This document shows, piece by piece, positions 1-11,512 of a DNA stretch of 64,000 nt (position 1 is the stretch's first letter; every line of letters begins with the position of its first letter). Source of the stretch: Gemmatimonas sp. (GTDB lineage Bacteria > Gemmatimonadota > Gemmatimonadetes > Gemmatimonadales > Gemmatimonadaceae). The notes below the pieces were generated by a model. It was not told where the DNA came from and did not search any database. It saw only the letters and a list, made by a program, of their open reading frames with translations. The stretch covers positions 2,912,001 to 2,976,000 of the forward strand of contig OZ257156.1 in assembly GCA_965279375.1 (NCBI GenBank), written 5' to 3'. A program made the position numbers and the translations under genes.

Positions 1-264
1 GACGCGCTGCTCGCCGCCGTGGATGCGGCGACGGCGGACTTCACGCCGGATCTGGTGCTCATCTCCGCCGGCTTCGACTGCCTGCAGGGGGATCCGCTGG
101 GCGCCTTCACACTCACCAACGATGACATCCGCTTGCTGACTCGTGCGCTGGTGGAGCGCGCGGAGCTCTGGTGTGGAGGCCGACTGGTGAGCGCGCTCGA
201 GGGTGGCTACGCGCCCGATAGCGTGGCGGCGGCCGTCATGGTCCACCTGCACGCGCTGCGGTAG
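1..264 (+). CDS. Histone deacetylase-family (AcuC/AphA-like) protein, C-terminal fragment; gene starts before the window
   Basis: Frame open from base 1; PDLVLISAGFD..GDPLG and LEGGY motifs typical of the HDAC-family C-terminus. Confidence 0.9.
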   Translation, partial: DALLAAVDAATADFTPDLVLISAGFDCLQGDPLGAFTLTNDDIRLLTRALVERAELWCGGRLVSALEGGYAPDSVAAAVMVHLHALR

Positions 265-293
265 CTTCCAGCCATGGTCTTCCTCCCGCACGC

Positions 294-1337
294 TTGCGCG
301 ATCCGGGGTACGCCCCGGCACTCCGCGCGCCGTTCATCGTGACTGCCGGTCCTGTCGACGCGCTCCCGCGCACGATCTATCGCGCGCTCGACGGCGGCAA
401 CGTCATCGACTGCCATCCTCGCGATATCCCGCAGCTGCTCGCCAACGGCGGACCGCTGTGGATGGACATCGACTCCTCCGTGCGCTCCCAGCACGCGCTG
501 CTGGAGAAGGTGTTCAAGTTTCATCCGCTCGCGATCGAGGATACGCTCAATCCGAGCTCGCGCGTCAAGATCGAGGAGTACGAGGGATACCTCTTCATCA
601 TCATCCGCGGCGTCGCGTTCGCGTCGGGCACCGATGATCCGTACGACCTGGAAACGAAGGATCTCTACTGCTTCCTGGGGTCGCACTTTCTGGTGACGGT
701 GCATTCGGGTCCGATGCCGTCGGTCGAACGCGTCGCTGATACGCTAAGGCGCTCGCCCGACCTGCTCACTCGCGGCGTGGACCGCGCGTTGCACGCCATC
801 CTCGACGATACGATCGACAGCTTCTTCCCCATCCTCAATCAGATCGATCAGTTCATCGATGGTCTCGAAGAGCGCGTGTTCGTGCGCTTCGATGAAACCG
901 CGCTGCGCGACCTGTTTCTGGTGAAGCGACTGGTGCTCTCGCTCAGGCGTTACCTCATGCCGTCGCGTGAGGTCATGAACGTGCTGACGAATCGGCCGAG
1001 CACGTTGTTGACGCCCGACGTGCAGATCTACTTCCGCGATATCTACGACCACGTGCTGCGCATCAACGATTCGCTGGACACGTACCGCGATCTGCTGAGC
1101 AGCACGATGGACTCGTATCTCACGCAGGTGTCCAACCGGCTGGGCGCGACCACCAAGGCGTTGTCCGTGGTGGCAACGATGTCGCTGCCGTTCGTTGTCG
1201 TGAGCGGCATGTGGGGCATGAACTTCACCAACATCCCGTTCTCCGGCTGGCCGCACGGCTTCATGACGTTGCTGTTTGTGCAGCTGGCGCTCGGTCTCGC
1301 GCTGCTGGCGTTCCTGCGTTGGCGGAAGCTGCTCTGA
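294..1337 (+). CDS. corA: CorA-family Mg2+/Co2+ transporter
   Basis: HPLAIED motif, long helical stalk, two C-terminal TM helices with the GMN signature (GMWGMNF); start codon uncertain. Confidence 0.9.
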   Translation: MRDPGYAPALRAPFIVTAGPVDALPRTIYRALDGGNVIDCHPRDIPQLLANGGPLWMDIDSSVRSQHALLEKVFKFHPLAIEDTLNPSSRVKIEEYEGYLFIIIRGVAFASGTDDPYDLETKDLYCFLGSHFLVTVHSGPMPSVERVADTLRRSPDLLTRGVDRALHAILDDTIDSFFPILNQIDQFIDGLEERVFVRFDETALRDLFLVKRLVLSLRRYLMPSREVMNVLTNRPSTLLTPDVQIYFRDIYDHVLRINDSLDTYRDLLSSTMDSYLTQVSNRLGATTKALSVVATMSLPFVVVSGMWGMNFTNIPFSGWPHGFMTLLFVQLALGLALLAFLRWRKLL

Positions 1338-1376
1338 TGCCGAAGTTCTCGCTCTCACCTTCGTCTTCGCGTCGCC

Positions 1377-2378
1377 ATGTTCTGTCCTGAGTGCGGCACC
1401 TGGAACCGCGCTGCGGCCGCACGCTGCACGCGCTGTGGGGCACTGCTTCCCGAGGTGACCGCGCCCCCGCTCGACATCCCCGATGACGAGCTGAATGCGT
1501 TGCGACAGGCCACGGGCAACCGCTACACGATCGTCAAGCGACTGGGCAGCGGAGGCATGGCACACGTGTATCTCGCTCGACACGTGGCGCTCTCGCGCTA
1601 CCTCGTGATCAAGGTGCTGCACAAGACGCTGTCCGAAGATCCCGAAATGCGCGAGCGCTTCCGACGCGAGGCGGAGTCCGCAGCGGGATTGGTGCATCCA
1701 TTTATCTGCGCCATCGTGGACATGGGCACTGCCGGCGGCGTCGAATACCTCGGCATGCCGTACTACGCCGGTGGTTCACTCGCCGATCGATTGGGGCGTC
1801 AGCGCACCATCGGACCAGCGGAGGCCGCGTCGATTGCCGTACAGGTGGCTTGCGCGCTCGACTACGCGCATCGGCACGGCATCATTCATCGCGACATCAA
1901 GCCGGACAACATCCTCTTCGACGAAGACGGCAACGTCGCGTTAACGGACTTCGGCATCGCCACCGCTCGCTTTCACGGAAGACTCACCGCGATTGGCCGG
2001 GCGATGGGAACGCCGCACTACATGTCCCCAGAGCAGGCGATGGGGAAGCTGGTGGACGGGCGGAGCGATCTCTACGCCGTGGGCTTGCTGCTCTACGAAA
2101 TGCTGCTCGGCAATCCTCCGTTCGACGGGGAAGACTCGTACGCGGTTGGCTACAAGCACGTGCACGAGATGCCGGTGCCGCCCGACCAGGTGGACAGCCG
2201 GATTCCCGCGGCGCTGAGCGCCATCGTGGTGAAGTGTCTCGCCAAGCAGGCCGTGGATCGCTACGACCGCGGTTTCGAACTGGCCGACGCGCTCATCGGC
2301 TATCTCACTGGCAGCGGTACCGCCGCAGATCTGCGCAACGCGCGAGCCGCGCGCGCCTCCGGACTCACTCCTCTCTGA
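1377..2378 (+). CDS. Hanks-type Ser/Thr protein kinase with N-terminal zinc ribbon
   Basis: CPECG..CTRCG; LGSGGMA, VIK, HRDIKPDN, DFG, GTPHYMSPE, DLYAVG; no TM helix seen. Confidence 0.95.
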   Translation: MFCPECGTWNRAAAARCTRCGALLPEVTAPPLDIPDDELNALRQATGNRYTIVKRLGSGGMAHVYLARHVALSRYLVIKVLHKTLSEDPEMRERFRREAESAAGLVHPFICAIVDMGTAGGVEYLGMPYYAGGSLADRLGRQRTIGPAEAASIAVQVACALDYAHRHGIIHRDIKPDNILFDEDGNVALTDFGIATARFHGRLTAIGRAMGTPHYMSPEQAMGKLVDGRSDLYAVGLLLYEMLLGNPPFDGEDSYAVGYKHVHEMPVPPDQVDSRIPAALSAIVVKCLAKQAVDRYDRGFELADALIGYLTGSGTAADLRNARAARASGLTPL

Positions 2379-2390
2379 TGCTTCGCTGAC

Positions 2391-3413
2391 ATGCGCCTCC
2401 TCGCTGAAATCCTGACGGTCCACACCAAGCACCCGTTCATCATCGCGCGCGGAGGCACCAGCGAGTTTCGCGTAGTGTGGGTACGTCTGCAGGACGCCGA
2501 CGGGCTGGAAGGATGGGGCGAAGCAGCGCCGAGTCGCTTCTACGGAGAAACAGCCGACACAGTGCTTGCTGCGCTCAAGTACTACGAGCCACTGCTGGCC
2601 AACGCCGATGGCTGGTCGATCGACGCGATCGAAGCTGAGCTCGCGAAGGCGATGCGCTGGAATGCTTCCGCACGCACCGCGATCAGTGCAGCACTGCACG
2701 ATTTGATGGCCAAGAGACTTGGCGTGCCGCTATACAAGCTCTTCGGGCTGTCTGGAATGAAGACACCAACATCGAGCTTCACCATCGGCATCGCGCCCGA
2801 CGACGAGACGTTGCGCGCGCGTGTACGCGAGGCAGCGGCCTATCCCATTCTCAAGATCAAGCTTGGTACCGCGCGCGACGCGGACATCGTACGCATCGTG
2901 CGTGAGGAAGCGCCCACGGCCATTCTGCGCGTGGACGCCAATGCCGCGTGGACGCCCAAGGGCGCGCTGGCGATGTTGGAACCGCTCACCAAGTACGGCG
3001 TGGACATGCTCGAGCAGCCGCTGGCGCCGCACGACATCGAAGGGCTGCGCTTCGTGCGCGAGCGTTCACCCATCCCCGTGGTCGCGGATGAGTCGTGCAT
3101 CGTCGCCACCGACATTCCCAAGCTCGTGGGCGCGGTGGACGGCATCAACATCAAGCTGGCCAAGTGCGGCTCGCTCCGCGAGGCGCGCCGTATGATCTCC
3201 GTCGCGCGCGCGCACGGCATGCGCGTGATGTGTGGCTGCATGATCGAGACGACGCTGGGCATCGCGGCGGCCGCGCACTTTTCGCAAGAACTCGACGACG
3301 CCGACTTTGATGGCGCGGCGTTGCTGGCAGACGATCCGTTCGACGGCCCCAGCATTCCCAATGGACGCGTGACGCTGAGCGAGGCGCCGGGGCTCGGCGT
3401 GACTCGTCGCTAG
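2391..3413 (+). CDS. L-Ala-D/L-Glu dipeptide epimerase (enolase superfamily)
   Basis: KIK, VDAN, EQP, ADES, NIKLAKCG, GCMIE and DFDG motifs. Confidence 0.85.
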   Translation: MRLLAEILTVHTKHPFIIARGGTSEFRVVWVRLQDADGLEGWGEAAPSRFYGETADTVLAALKYYEPLLANADGWSIDAIEAELAKAMRWNASARTAISAALHDLMAKRLGVPLYKLFGLSGMKTPTSSFTIGIAPDDETLRARVREAAAYPILKIKLGTARDADIVRIVREEAPTAILRVDANAAWTPKGALAMLEPLTKYGVDMLEQPLAPHDIEGLRFVRERSPIPVVADESCIVATDIPKLVGAVDGINIKLAKCGSLREARRMISVARAHGMRVMCGCMIETTLGIAAAAHFSQELDDADFDGAALLADDPFDGPSIPNGRVTLSEAPGLGVTRR

Positions 3414-3446
3414 CGCGCGTGCTAGCTCGCGACTGATGGTCCGCTG

Positions 3447-5708
<2,262 letters not shown>

Positions 5709-5761
5709 GACACAGCGCGTGCGGTGGTATTTTTCGACGACACCTTCGCCGAGCACATCGC

Positions 5762-6934
5762 ATGACGTCGCGCACCCTGCAGGCCATCCCGCCGTACATC
5801 TTCACTGAACTCGATGCACGCCGTGCTGCGCACCGCGCGCGCGGTCGCGCACTCGTGGATCTGGGGATCGGGAGCCCTGATCAGCCCATCCCGGCGGTCG
5901 TGATCGAGGCGATGCAGCAGTACGCGTCCGAGCGCGCGCTCAGCGGCTATCCTAATTTCAAGGGCAGTCCGGCGTATTTCACGGCGGTCGCGTCGTATCT
6001 GCATTCGCGGTTCGGCGTAGCGGTCGACCCCAGTCGCGAGCTGCTGGCGCTGGCCGGAAGCAAGGAAGGCATCGCAGAACTCGTCCTGTCGCATTGCAAC
6101 GCGGGCGATGTGGTGCTCATCCCGGAAGTCTATTATCCGGTCTACGCGCGTGCGCCGCAGCTCGCTGGTGCGCGGCCGGTGTTCGTGCCAACGCACGACG
6201 ACGGACGACTTGATCTCGACGCGATTGCCCCAGCCGATCTCGCGCTCGCGAAGATCCTGATCGTCAACTATCCCTGCAATCCGACGACGGCGAGCGTACC
6301 ACTCTCGGAGTTCGAACGACTGGTGGCATTCGCGGAAGCACACGCGCTGCTGCTCATCAGCGATCTCGCGTACAGCGAGTTGTCGTACGATGGCTTTCGC
6401 GTGCCGAGTGTGTTGCAGGTGCCCGGTGCGTCGCGGGTCGCGGTGGAGCTGCATACTTGCTCCAAGAGCTTCAACATGGCGGGAATTCGCATCGCATTCG
6501 TCGCGGGGAATGCGGAGGCGATCGCGACGCTGGATTCGTACCGCGCCAACATCGGCTACGGCGTGTCGTCGCTGGCGCAGGCCGCTGGAACGGCGGCGTT
6601 CACACACCATGCGTCTATCGTGCCGCCGGTCGTGGCGGAATACCGCCGGCGGCGCGATGCATTGGTCGCCTCGTTCAACGCGAACGGCTGGTCCGTCTCT
6701 GCGCCGAACTCCACGATGTATCTCTGGCTCGCGGTGCCGGACGGCTACGACGACTGGTCGTGGATGGAAGCGTTGATGGACGGACCTGGTATTGTGATCA
6801 CGCCCGGCGTCGCGTTTGGCGAGGCCGGGCGTGGGCACTTCCGCATTTCGTTCGTGCAGCCCGCCGATGTGCTGGCCAAGGCTGCGGTCGACATCGCGGC
6901 GCTGGCGATTACTTCGCCGGCGCGGGTTCCTTGA
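5762..6934 (+). CDS. PLP-dependent class I/II aminotransferase (LL-DAP aminotransferase/AlaC-like)
   Basis: DLGIGSPD, NYPCNPT, DLAY, SKSFNMAGIR; 3' end overlaps the convergent yceI-like gene by 26 bp. Confidence 0.9.
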   Translation: MTSRTLQAIPPYIFTELDARRAAHRARGRALVDLGIGSPDQPIPAVVIEAMQQYASERALSGYPNFKGSPAYFTAVASYLHSRFGVAVDPSRELLALAGSKEGIAELVLSHCNAGDVVLIPEVYYPVYARAPQLAGARPVFVPTHDDGRLDLDAIAPADLALAKILIVNYPCNPTTASVPLSEFERLVAFAEAHALLLISDLAYSELSYDGFRVPSVLQVPGASRVAVELHTCSKSFNMAGIRIAFVAGNAEAIATLDSYRANIGYGVSSLAQAAGTAAFTHHASIVPPVVAEYRRRRDALVASFNANGWSVSAPNSTMYLWLAVPDGYDDWSWMEALMDGPGIVITPGVAFGEAGRGHFRISFVQPADVLAKAAVDIAALAITSPARVP

Positions 6935-7475
6935 TGGACATGTCCCACTGCACCTGCACTGCGTCTTCGATCGGATTCACCGGCGGGTTGAACGACACGC
7001 CGAATTCCTTGCGGTTGATGCTGAAGGAGCCACGGAACCGACCGGCGCCCTTCTCGTAGAACACCATCGAGGCCGGCACGACGATGCGCTTGGTGACGCC
7101 ATGCAGCGTCAGGTCGCCCGTGATGTCCAGCTTGTTCTCGGCGATCTTCTTCACGCTGACCGACTTGAAGGTGATCGTCGGGTACTTGGCGACGTCGAAG
7201 AAGTCCGGGCTCTTGAGGTGGTTGTCGCGCATGGTCACGCGCGTGTCGATGCTGGAGGCATCGATCGTGATGCTGACGGTCGAGGCTTCGAGATTCTGGG
7301 CGTCGAGCTGGATGTCGGCGTCCCACTTGCTGAAGAAGCCGTGCGCGCTGAGCAGGCGGGCGTCCGCGACGAAGTTGATTTCGCTGTGGGCCTTGTCGAT
7401 GACGTGCGTCTTGGGGGCAGCGAACGGCGTGGCCGCGAGCAGTGCCGGGACGAGGGCGAGCAGGGAGATGCGCAT
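6909..7475 (-). CDS. YceI-family periplasmic lipid/polyisoprenoid-binding protein
   Basis: Signal peptide; IDKAHSEINF, RDNHLKSPDFFD, GDLTLHGVTK, INRKEFG; SD-like GAGGT 5 nt upstream of ATG 7475. Confidence 0.92.
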   Translation of the reverse strand: MRISLLALVPALLAATPFAAPKTHVIDKAHSEINFVADARLLSAHGFFSKWDADIQLDAQNLEASTVSITIDASSIDTRVTMRDNHLKSPDFFDVAKYPTITFKSVSVKKIAENKLDITGDLTLHGVTKRIVVPASMVFYEKGAGRFRGSFSINRKEFGVSFNPPVNPIEDAVQVQWDMSIKEPAPAK

Positions 7476-7538
7476 AGCAGACCTCAATTTCAGATATTGG
7501 CGGTTTGCCAGTGAGTGGGATCACACTGGTACAGAACT

Positions 7539-7567
7539 AAGATAAATAGTCTTTCATTTATCGGCAA
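7539..7567 (-). promoter_or_regulatory. Sigma70-like promoter of the yceI-like gene, overlapped by a 22-bp palindromic operator
   Basis: Minus strand TTGCCG-17nt-TATCTT; GATAAAT-N8-ATTTATC at 7541-7562 in an AT-rich patch. Confidence 0.6.
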
Positions 7568-7662
7568 GGGCAACGCCTTGAATGCCGATGGGCGCGCCAG
7601 TGATCTTGCATGACGCGACGCGGAGAGACCCGCGCTCGTTCCCCATACCTCAGGTGTCGTAC

Positions 7663-8415
7663 ATGAGTTCGCCCGTTCTCCCGGATGACCTGCAGTTGGA
7701 TGTGCCCGCCGTAATCGTCCCCGATCGAGCGGACGCCCCCATCTCGGAGATCACGGAGCGATTCTTCCGCGCGTTGCTTCTGAAGGTGCCGCTGGACCGC
7801 ATTGAAGAACTGCATCTCTTCTCGCCGTTGCGCCAAGGCGGTGTGGAGACGGGCATCGCGGTCATCGCGGCTCGCGAAGTGATAGTCCCGCCGGTCGCTG
7901 AGGCGCCGGCCGACGAAGCGCTCGCCGATCCCGAGTTGCCGCTGGAGGAGACGCCGGACGTCGACGCCGCGCTCGAAGAACTCGCCCACGACGTCGAGCA
8001 GACCGTACCCGAGGTAGTCGAGGAAGAGCCCCGCGACGCCGAAGCGATCACCGACGAATCGGACGACTCGCCGTACGCGGATGAGGCCGTGGCCGCCACG
8101 CTCGTCGAATCGAATGTCGACTCGGCGGAGCTCGAAGAAGCACAGCCGGTAGTAGAGCCAGAGGCCGTGGTCGCAGCGGCGCCCGCGCCCAAGATTCGAC
8201 ACACCGTCTTCACGGCGCGCTATCGCCTGGTGCAGAAAGGACCGGAGCGTGGAAAGTGGGAAGCCGACGTTGTCGCGGAAGCCGAGGCACCGCTCATCAC
8301 CGTCGAAACGGTTGTGCGCGGCGTGCAGCGTCGTGCGGGTGAAGAGTCCGACACGACCCGATTCACCGCGCCGCAGATCGCGCGCGCGCTGCGTCTCGAC
8401 CTCGGCGCTGCCTAG
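7663..8415 (+). CDS. Hypothetical protein with a long acidic low-complexity insertion
   Basis: Typical coding codon usage; ordered N- and C-terminal segments around an ~100-aa E/D/A/P-rich tract; stop overlaps the fur start (TAGTG); alternative start at 7582. Confidence 0.75.
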   Translation: MSSPVLPDDLQLDVPAVIVPDRADAPISEITERFFRALLLKVPLDRIEELHLFSPLRQGGVETGIAVIAAREVIVPPVAEAPADEALADPELPLEETPDVDAALEELAHDVEQTVPEVVEEEPRDAEAITDESDDSPYADEAVAATLVESNVDSAELEEAQPVVEPEAVVAAAPAPKIRHTVFTARYRLVQKGPERGKWEADVVAEAEAPLITVETVVRGVQRRAGEESDTTRFTAPQIARALRLDLGAA

Positions 8416-8888
8416 TGCTCGACCCGGCCGTGCAGGAGGCGAAGGACGAGGGTCGGCATGCGTTTGCCGCCTACCTGCGCGACCATGGTCTGCCCGTCAC
8501 GGCGCAACGTCTCGCGATAGCTGACGTAATTCTCGGAAACGATCGCCACTTCTCTGCAGAAGACGTAGCAAAGGAACTGCGGGCGCAGGGCGCCGCCGCG
8601 GGCACGGCAACAGTCTACCGCACCATCGAAGTACTCGTACGCAGCGGCCTCGTGGTGGAGCGCGATTTCGGCGAAGGCTTCAAGCGCTATGAGGCGGCGC
8701 GCGGCGTCCCGCACCACGAACATCTGCTGTGCAACAGCTGCGGCAGCGTCACGGAGTTTCGCGACGAACGGTTGGAGCGCATGACAACACTGCTCGCGGA
8801 AGCGCACGACTTCTCAAGGCAGCGGCATCGCCTCGTCATCTATGGCCTGTGCGGCAACTGCCGCCGCGGGCCCACTCGTCCTCGGTAG
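8415..8888 (+). CDS. Fur-family metal-dependent transcriptional regulator
   Basis: TAQRLAI, HFSAED, ATVYRT, HHEHLLCNSCG, YGLCGNC. Confidence 0.93.
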   Translation: MLDPAVQEAKDEGRHAFAAYLRDHGLPVTAQRLAIADVILGNDRHFSAEDVAKELRAQGAAAGTATVYRTIEVLVRSGLVVERDFGEGFKRYEAARGVPHHEHLLCNSCGSVTEFRDERLERMTTLLAEAHDFSRQRHRLVIYGLCGNCRRGPTRPR

Positions 8889-8898
8889 GTATGGCATC

Positions 8899-9624
8899 GT
8901 GGCTCCTGAGTCTCTGACCCTCTTCGTCGCGTTCAGCGCCGGCCTGCTCAGTTTTCTGAGTCCGTGCGTGCTGCCGCTCGTGCCCAGCTACGTCACGTTC
9001 ATCACGGGACTGGGGCTCGAGGATGTGTCGCGCGCGCGCAAGACGACGCTCGTGCATGCGCTGCTCTTCGTCTTCGGTTTCTCGTTCATCTTCGTCGCAC
9101 TCGGCGCGGGCGCGACGGCGTTTGGCCAGCTGATGTTCGCGTATCGCGGCTGGATTGCGAAGATCGGCGGCGCGCTGATGGTGCTCATGGGGCTGTGGAT
9201 GCTCGGCGTGCTCAACATCGGTGCGCTGCAGCAGGAGCGTCGGGTGCATCTCACCGACAAGCCGATCGGCTACCTGGGCACCGTCATCGTCGGCATCGCG
9301 TTCGGCGCGGGCTGGACGCCGTGTCTCGGTCCCACGCTCGGGGCGATTCTCGCACTCGCCGCCACGCAGAATGAACTGTCCAAGGGCATCACGCTGCTGG
9401 CGATATACTCTGCGGGACTCGCGGTGCCCTTCCTGCTGGCCGCGCTGCTGCTGGAACGCTTCCTCGCGTTCTTCAAGCAGTTCAAGTCGCACTTGGGGAC
9501 GGTCAATCGCATCGCCGGTGGGCTGTTGATCGTCGTCGGCGTGCTGATGTTCACCGGCTGGTTCGTGCGTCTCGCAGCGATGCTGCAGCCGTACACGCCG
9601 GAGTTTCTGCTGGAGCGATTGTAG
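8899..9624 (+). CDS. ccdA: CcdA / DsbD-transmembrane-domain cytochrome c biogenesis protein
   Basis: SFLSPCVLPLVP and GWTPCLGP redox Cys motifs; about 6 TM helices; GTG start at 8899. Confidence 0.92.
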   Translation: MAPESLTLFVAFSAGLLSFLSPCVLPLVPSYVTFITGLGLEDVSRARKTTLVHALLFVFGFSFIFVALGAGATAFGQLMFAYRGWIAKIGGALMVLMGLWMLGVLNIGALQQERRVHLTDKPIGYLGTVIVGIAFGAGWTPCLGPTLGAILALAATQNELSKGITLLAIYSAGLAVPFLLAALLLERFLAFFKQFKSHLGTVNRIAGGLLIVVGVLMFTGWFVRLAAMLQPYTPEFLLERL

Positions 9625-9625
9625 T

Positions 9626-11485
9626 CTACGCCGCGGCGTCGCTACCCGACTCGATGTCGTCCAGCAGCTGTTGGCGCTGGAGCAAGCGCGCGTAGCGTCC
9701 GCCGAGCGCGACCAGCTGATCGTGCCGCCCTTGCTCCACGATCGCGCCGTCATCAAGCACGATGATGTGATCCGCATCTCGCACGGTGCTGATGCGATGC
9801 GACGCAATCACCGCCGTGCGTCCGGCCAGTACGCCACGCAACCCGGCGAGGATCGCAGCCTCGGTGTGCGTGTCCACCGCAGAGAGCGCGTCGTCGAGCA
9901 ACACGACACGGGGATGGCGCGCCAGCGCACGGGCGAGTGCGGTGCGTTGCTTCTGTCCGCCAGACAGGTTGATGCCCCGCTCGCCGAGCTTGGTGTCGAA
10001 GCCATCGGGTAAGCGCGCGATCGTGTCCGTGAGCTGCGCGATCCCTGCCGCTTCCACGATGGCAGCGTGTTGTGCCGCATCGGATGTGGCGCTCGACAAA
10101 CCGTAGGCGACGTTCGTGCCGATCGTTTCGCTGAACAGCAGCGACTCCTGCGGGACGTAGCCGATTTCGTGTCGCAGCACGTCGAGTGCGAGCGACGTCA
10201 GCGGGATACCGTCCAGCAGAATTTCTCCCTGCTGTGGATCGAACAGTCGAGGCACGAGATCCATCAGCGCGCTCTTGCCTGCACCGGTGGCGCCAACGAT
10301 CGCGAGCGTACCGCCGGCGGGTACGGAAAACGAGATGTCGCGCAGCACCATGCGCGGCGTTGTGGCCTCGCCGTTCGGTTCATACACCGCCGCCTCTGCC
10401 GCCCCGTCTTCAGTTGCGGCGAGCGCCGCCGGATAGTGGAACGACACGTTGCGGAATTCGAGCGCGCGACCAGCGCCGGCCGCTGGGAGCGTCGTGCGTC
10501 CGTCGTCGCGTACGTCACGCGGGAGCGCATCGAGCAACTCCAGCACACGCGCCATCGACGCGGCGCCGCGCTGCAGCAGGTTGGTTGTCCAGCCGAGTGC
10601 GATCAAAGGCCAGGTGAGCATCGCGAGATAGATGCCGAACGCCACGTATCCGCCCACCGTGATGCGGCCTTCGATGAGCAGTCGTCCGCCAACGGCGATC
10701 GTGATCGCACCACCCAGACCTGCGAGCAGCGCAAACCCGGGGTTCATCAGTCCGTTGAGTTTGGCGAGCTGCATGTTGGCGTCGAGATAATGCTCGCCGA
10801 GCAACGCAAAGCGCTGTGCTTCCGACGCTTCCTGACGATACGCACGCACCACGCGCACGCCCGCGAGGTTTTCCTGCGCGCGCGTTGACAGCTGACTGAA
10901 CTGCGATTGCACTGCCTCGAAGCGCTGATGCACCAGTCGTCCGAGGCGAATCATGAGCACGGGCAGGCCGAGCATCGGCAACAGCGCCACCGCCGTCAGC
11001 AGTGGACTGATGCGCAGCATCATCGCCATCGCGAAGAGTCCGCCGGCGACGGTGTTGAGCAGGTACATGATCGCTGGACCGGCCGCCATGCGCACCGCGT
11101 TCAGATCGTTGGTCAGACGCGCCATGAGGTCGCCGGTGCGCCAGCGCACGTACCAGCTCGCATCGAGTGTCGTGAGCTTCGCGAGCAGGTCGCGACGCAG
11201 ATCGGTCTCGATCTTGCGACTGACGCCGTTGAGCAGGTTCCGCATCAGAAAGCGCAACACTCCGCTTGCCACAGCAGTGATGAGCATCACCGCGCCGAGG
11301 CGCAACAATCCGCTCGTCGGGCTGCCCGCGCGCATGGCGTCGATTCCGCGATTCAGCAGCGACGGGATGACACTGGCCAGCGCAGCCGCGATAATTACTG
11401 ACAACAACCCGACGGCAACTTGCAGGCGGTACGGGTGGTAGTACGGTACAAGGCGCAGCAGTGCGCGTCGGGCTGGTCCCGGCAT
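9626..11485 (-). CDS. ABC exporter, fused TMD and NBD (MdlA-like)
   Basis: N-terminal TM helices; GATGAGKS, LSGGQKQR, LLDDALSAVD, SHR. Confidence 0.95.
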   Translation of the reverse strand: MPGPARRALLRLVPYYHPYRLQVAVGLLSVIIAAALASVIPSLLNRGIDAMRAGSPTSGLLRLGAVMLITAVASGVLRFLMRNLLNGVSRKIETDLRRDLLAKLTTLDASWYVRWRTGDLMARLTNDLNAVRMAAGPAIMYLLNTVAGGLFAMAMMLRISPLLTAVALLPMLGLPVLMIRLGRLVHQRFEAVQSQFSQLSTRAQENLAGVRVVRAYRQEASEAQRFALLGEHYLDANMQLAKLNGLMNPGFALLAGLGGAITIAVGGRLLIEGRITVGGYVAFGIYLAMLTWPLIALGWTTNLLQRGAASMARVLELLDALPRDVRDDGRTTLPAAGAGRALEFRNVSFHYPAALAATEDGAAEAAVYEPNGEATTPRMVLRDISFSVPAGGTLAIVGATGAGKSALMDLVPRLFDPQQGEILLDGIPLTSLALDVLRHEIGYVPQESLLFSETIGTNVAYGLSSATSDAAQHAAIVEAAGIAQLTDTIARLPDGFDTKLGERGINLSGGQKQRTALARALARHPRVVLLDDALSAVDTHTEAAILAGLRGVLAGRTAVIASHRISTVRDADHIIVLDDGAIVEQGRHDQLVALGGRYARLLQRQQLLDDIESGSDAAA

Positions 11486-11512
11486 CTTATCCTACACTCT
11501 GGAGACGCATCA

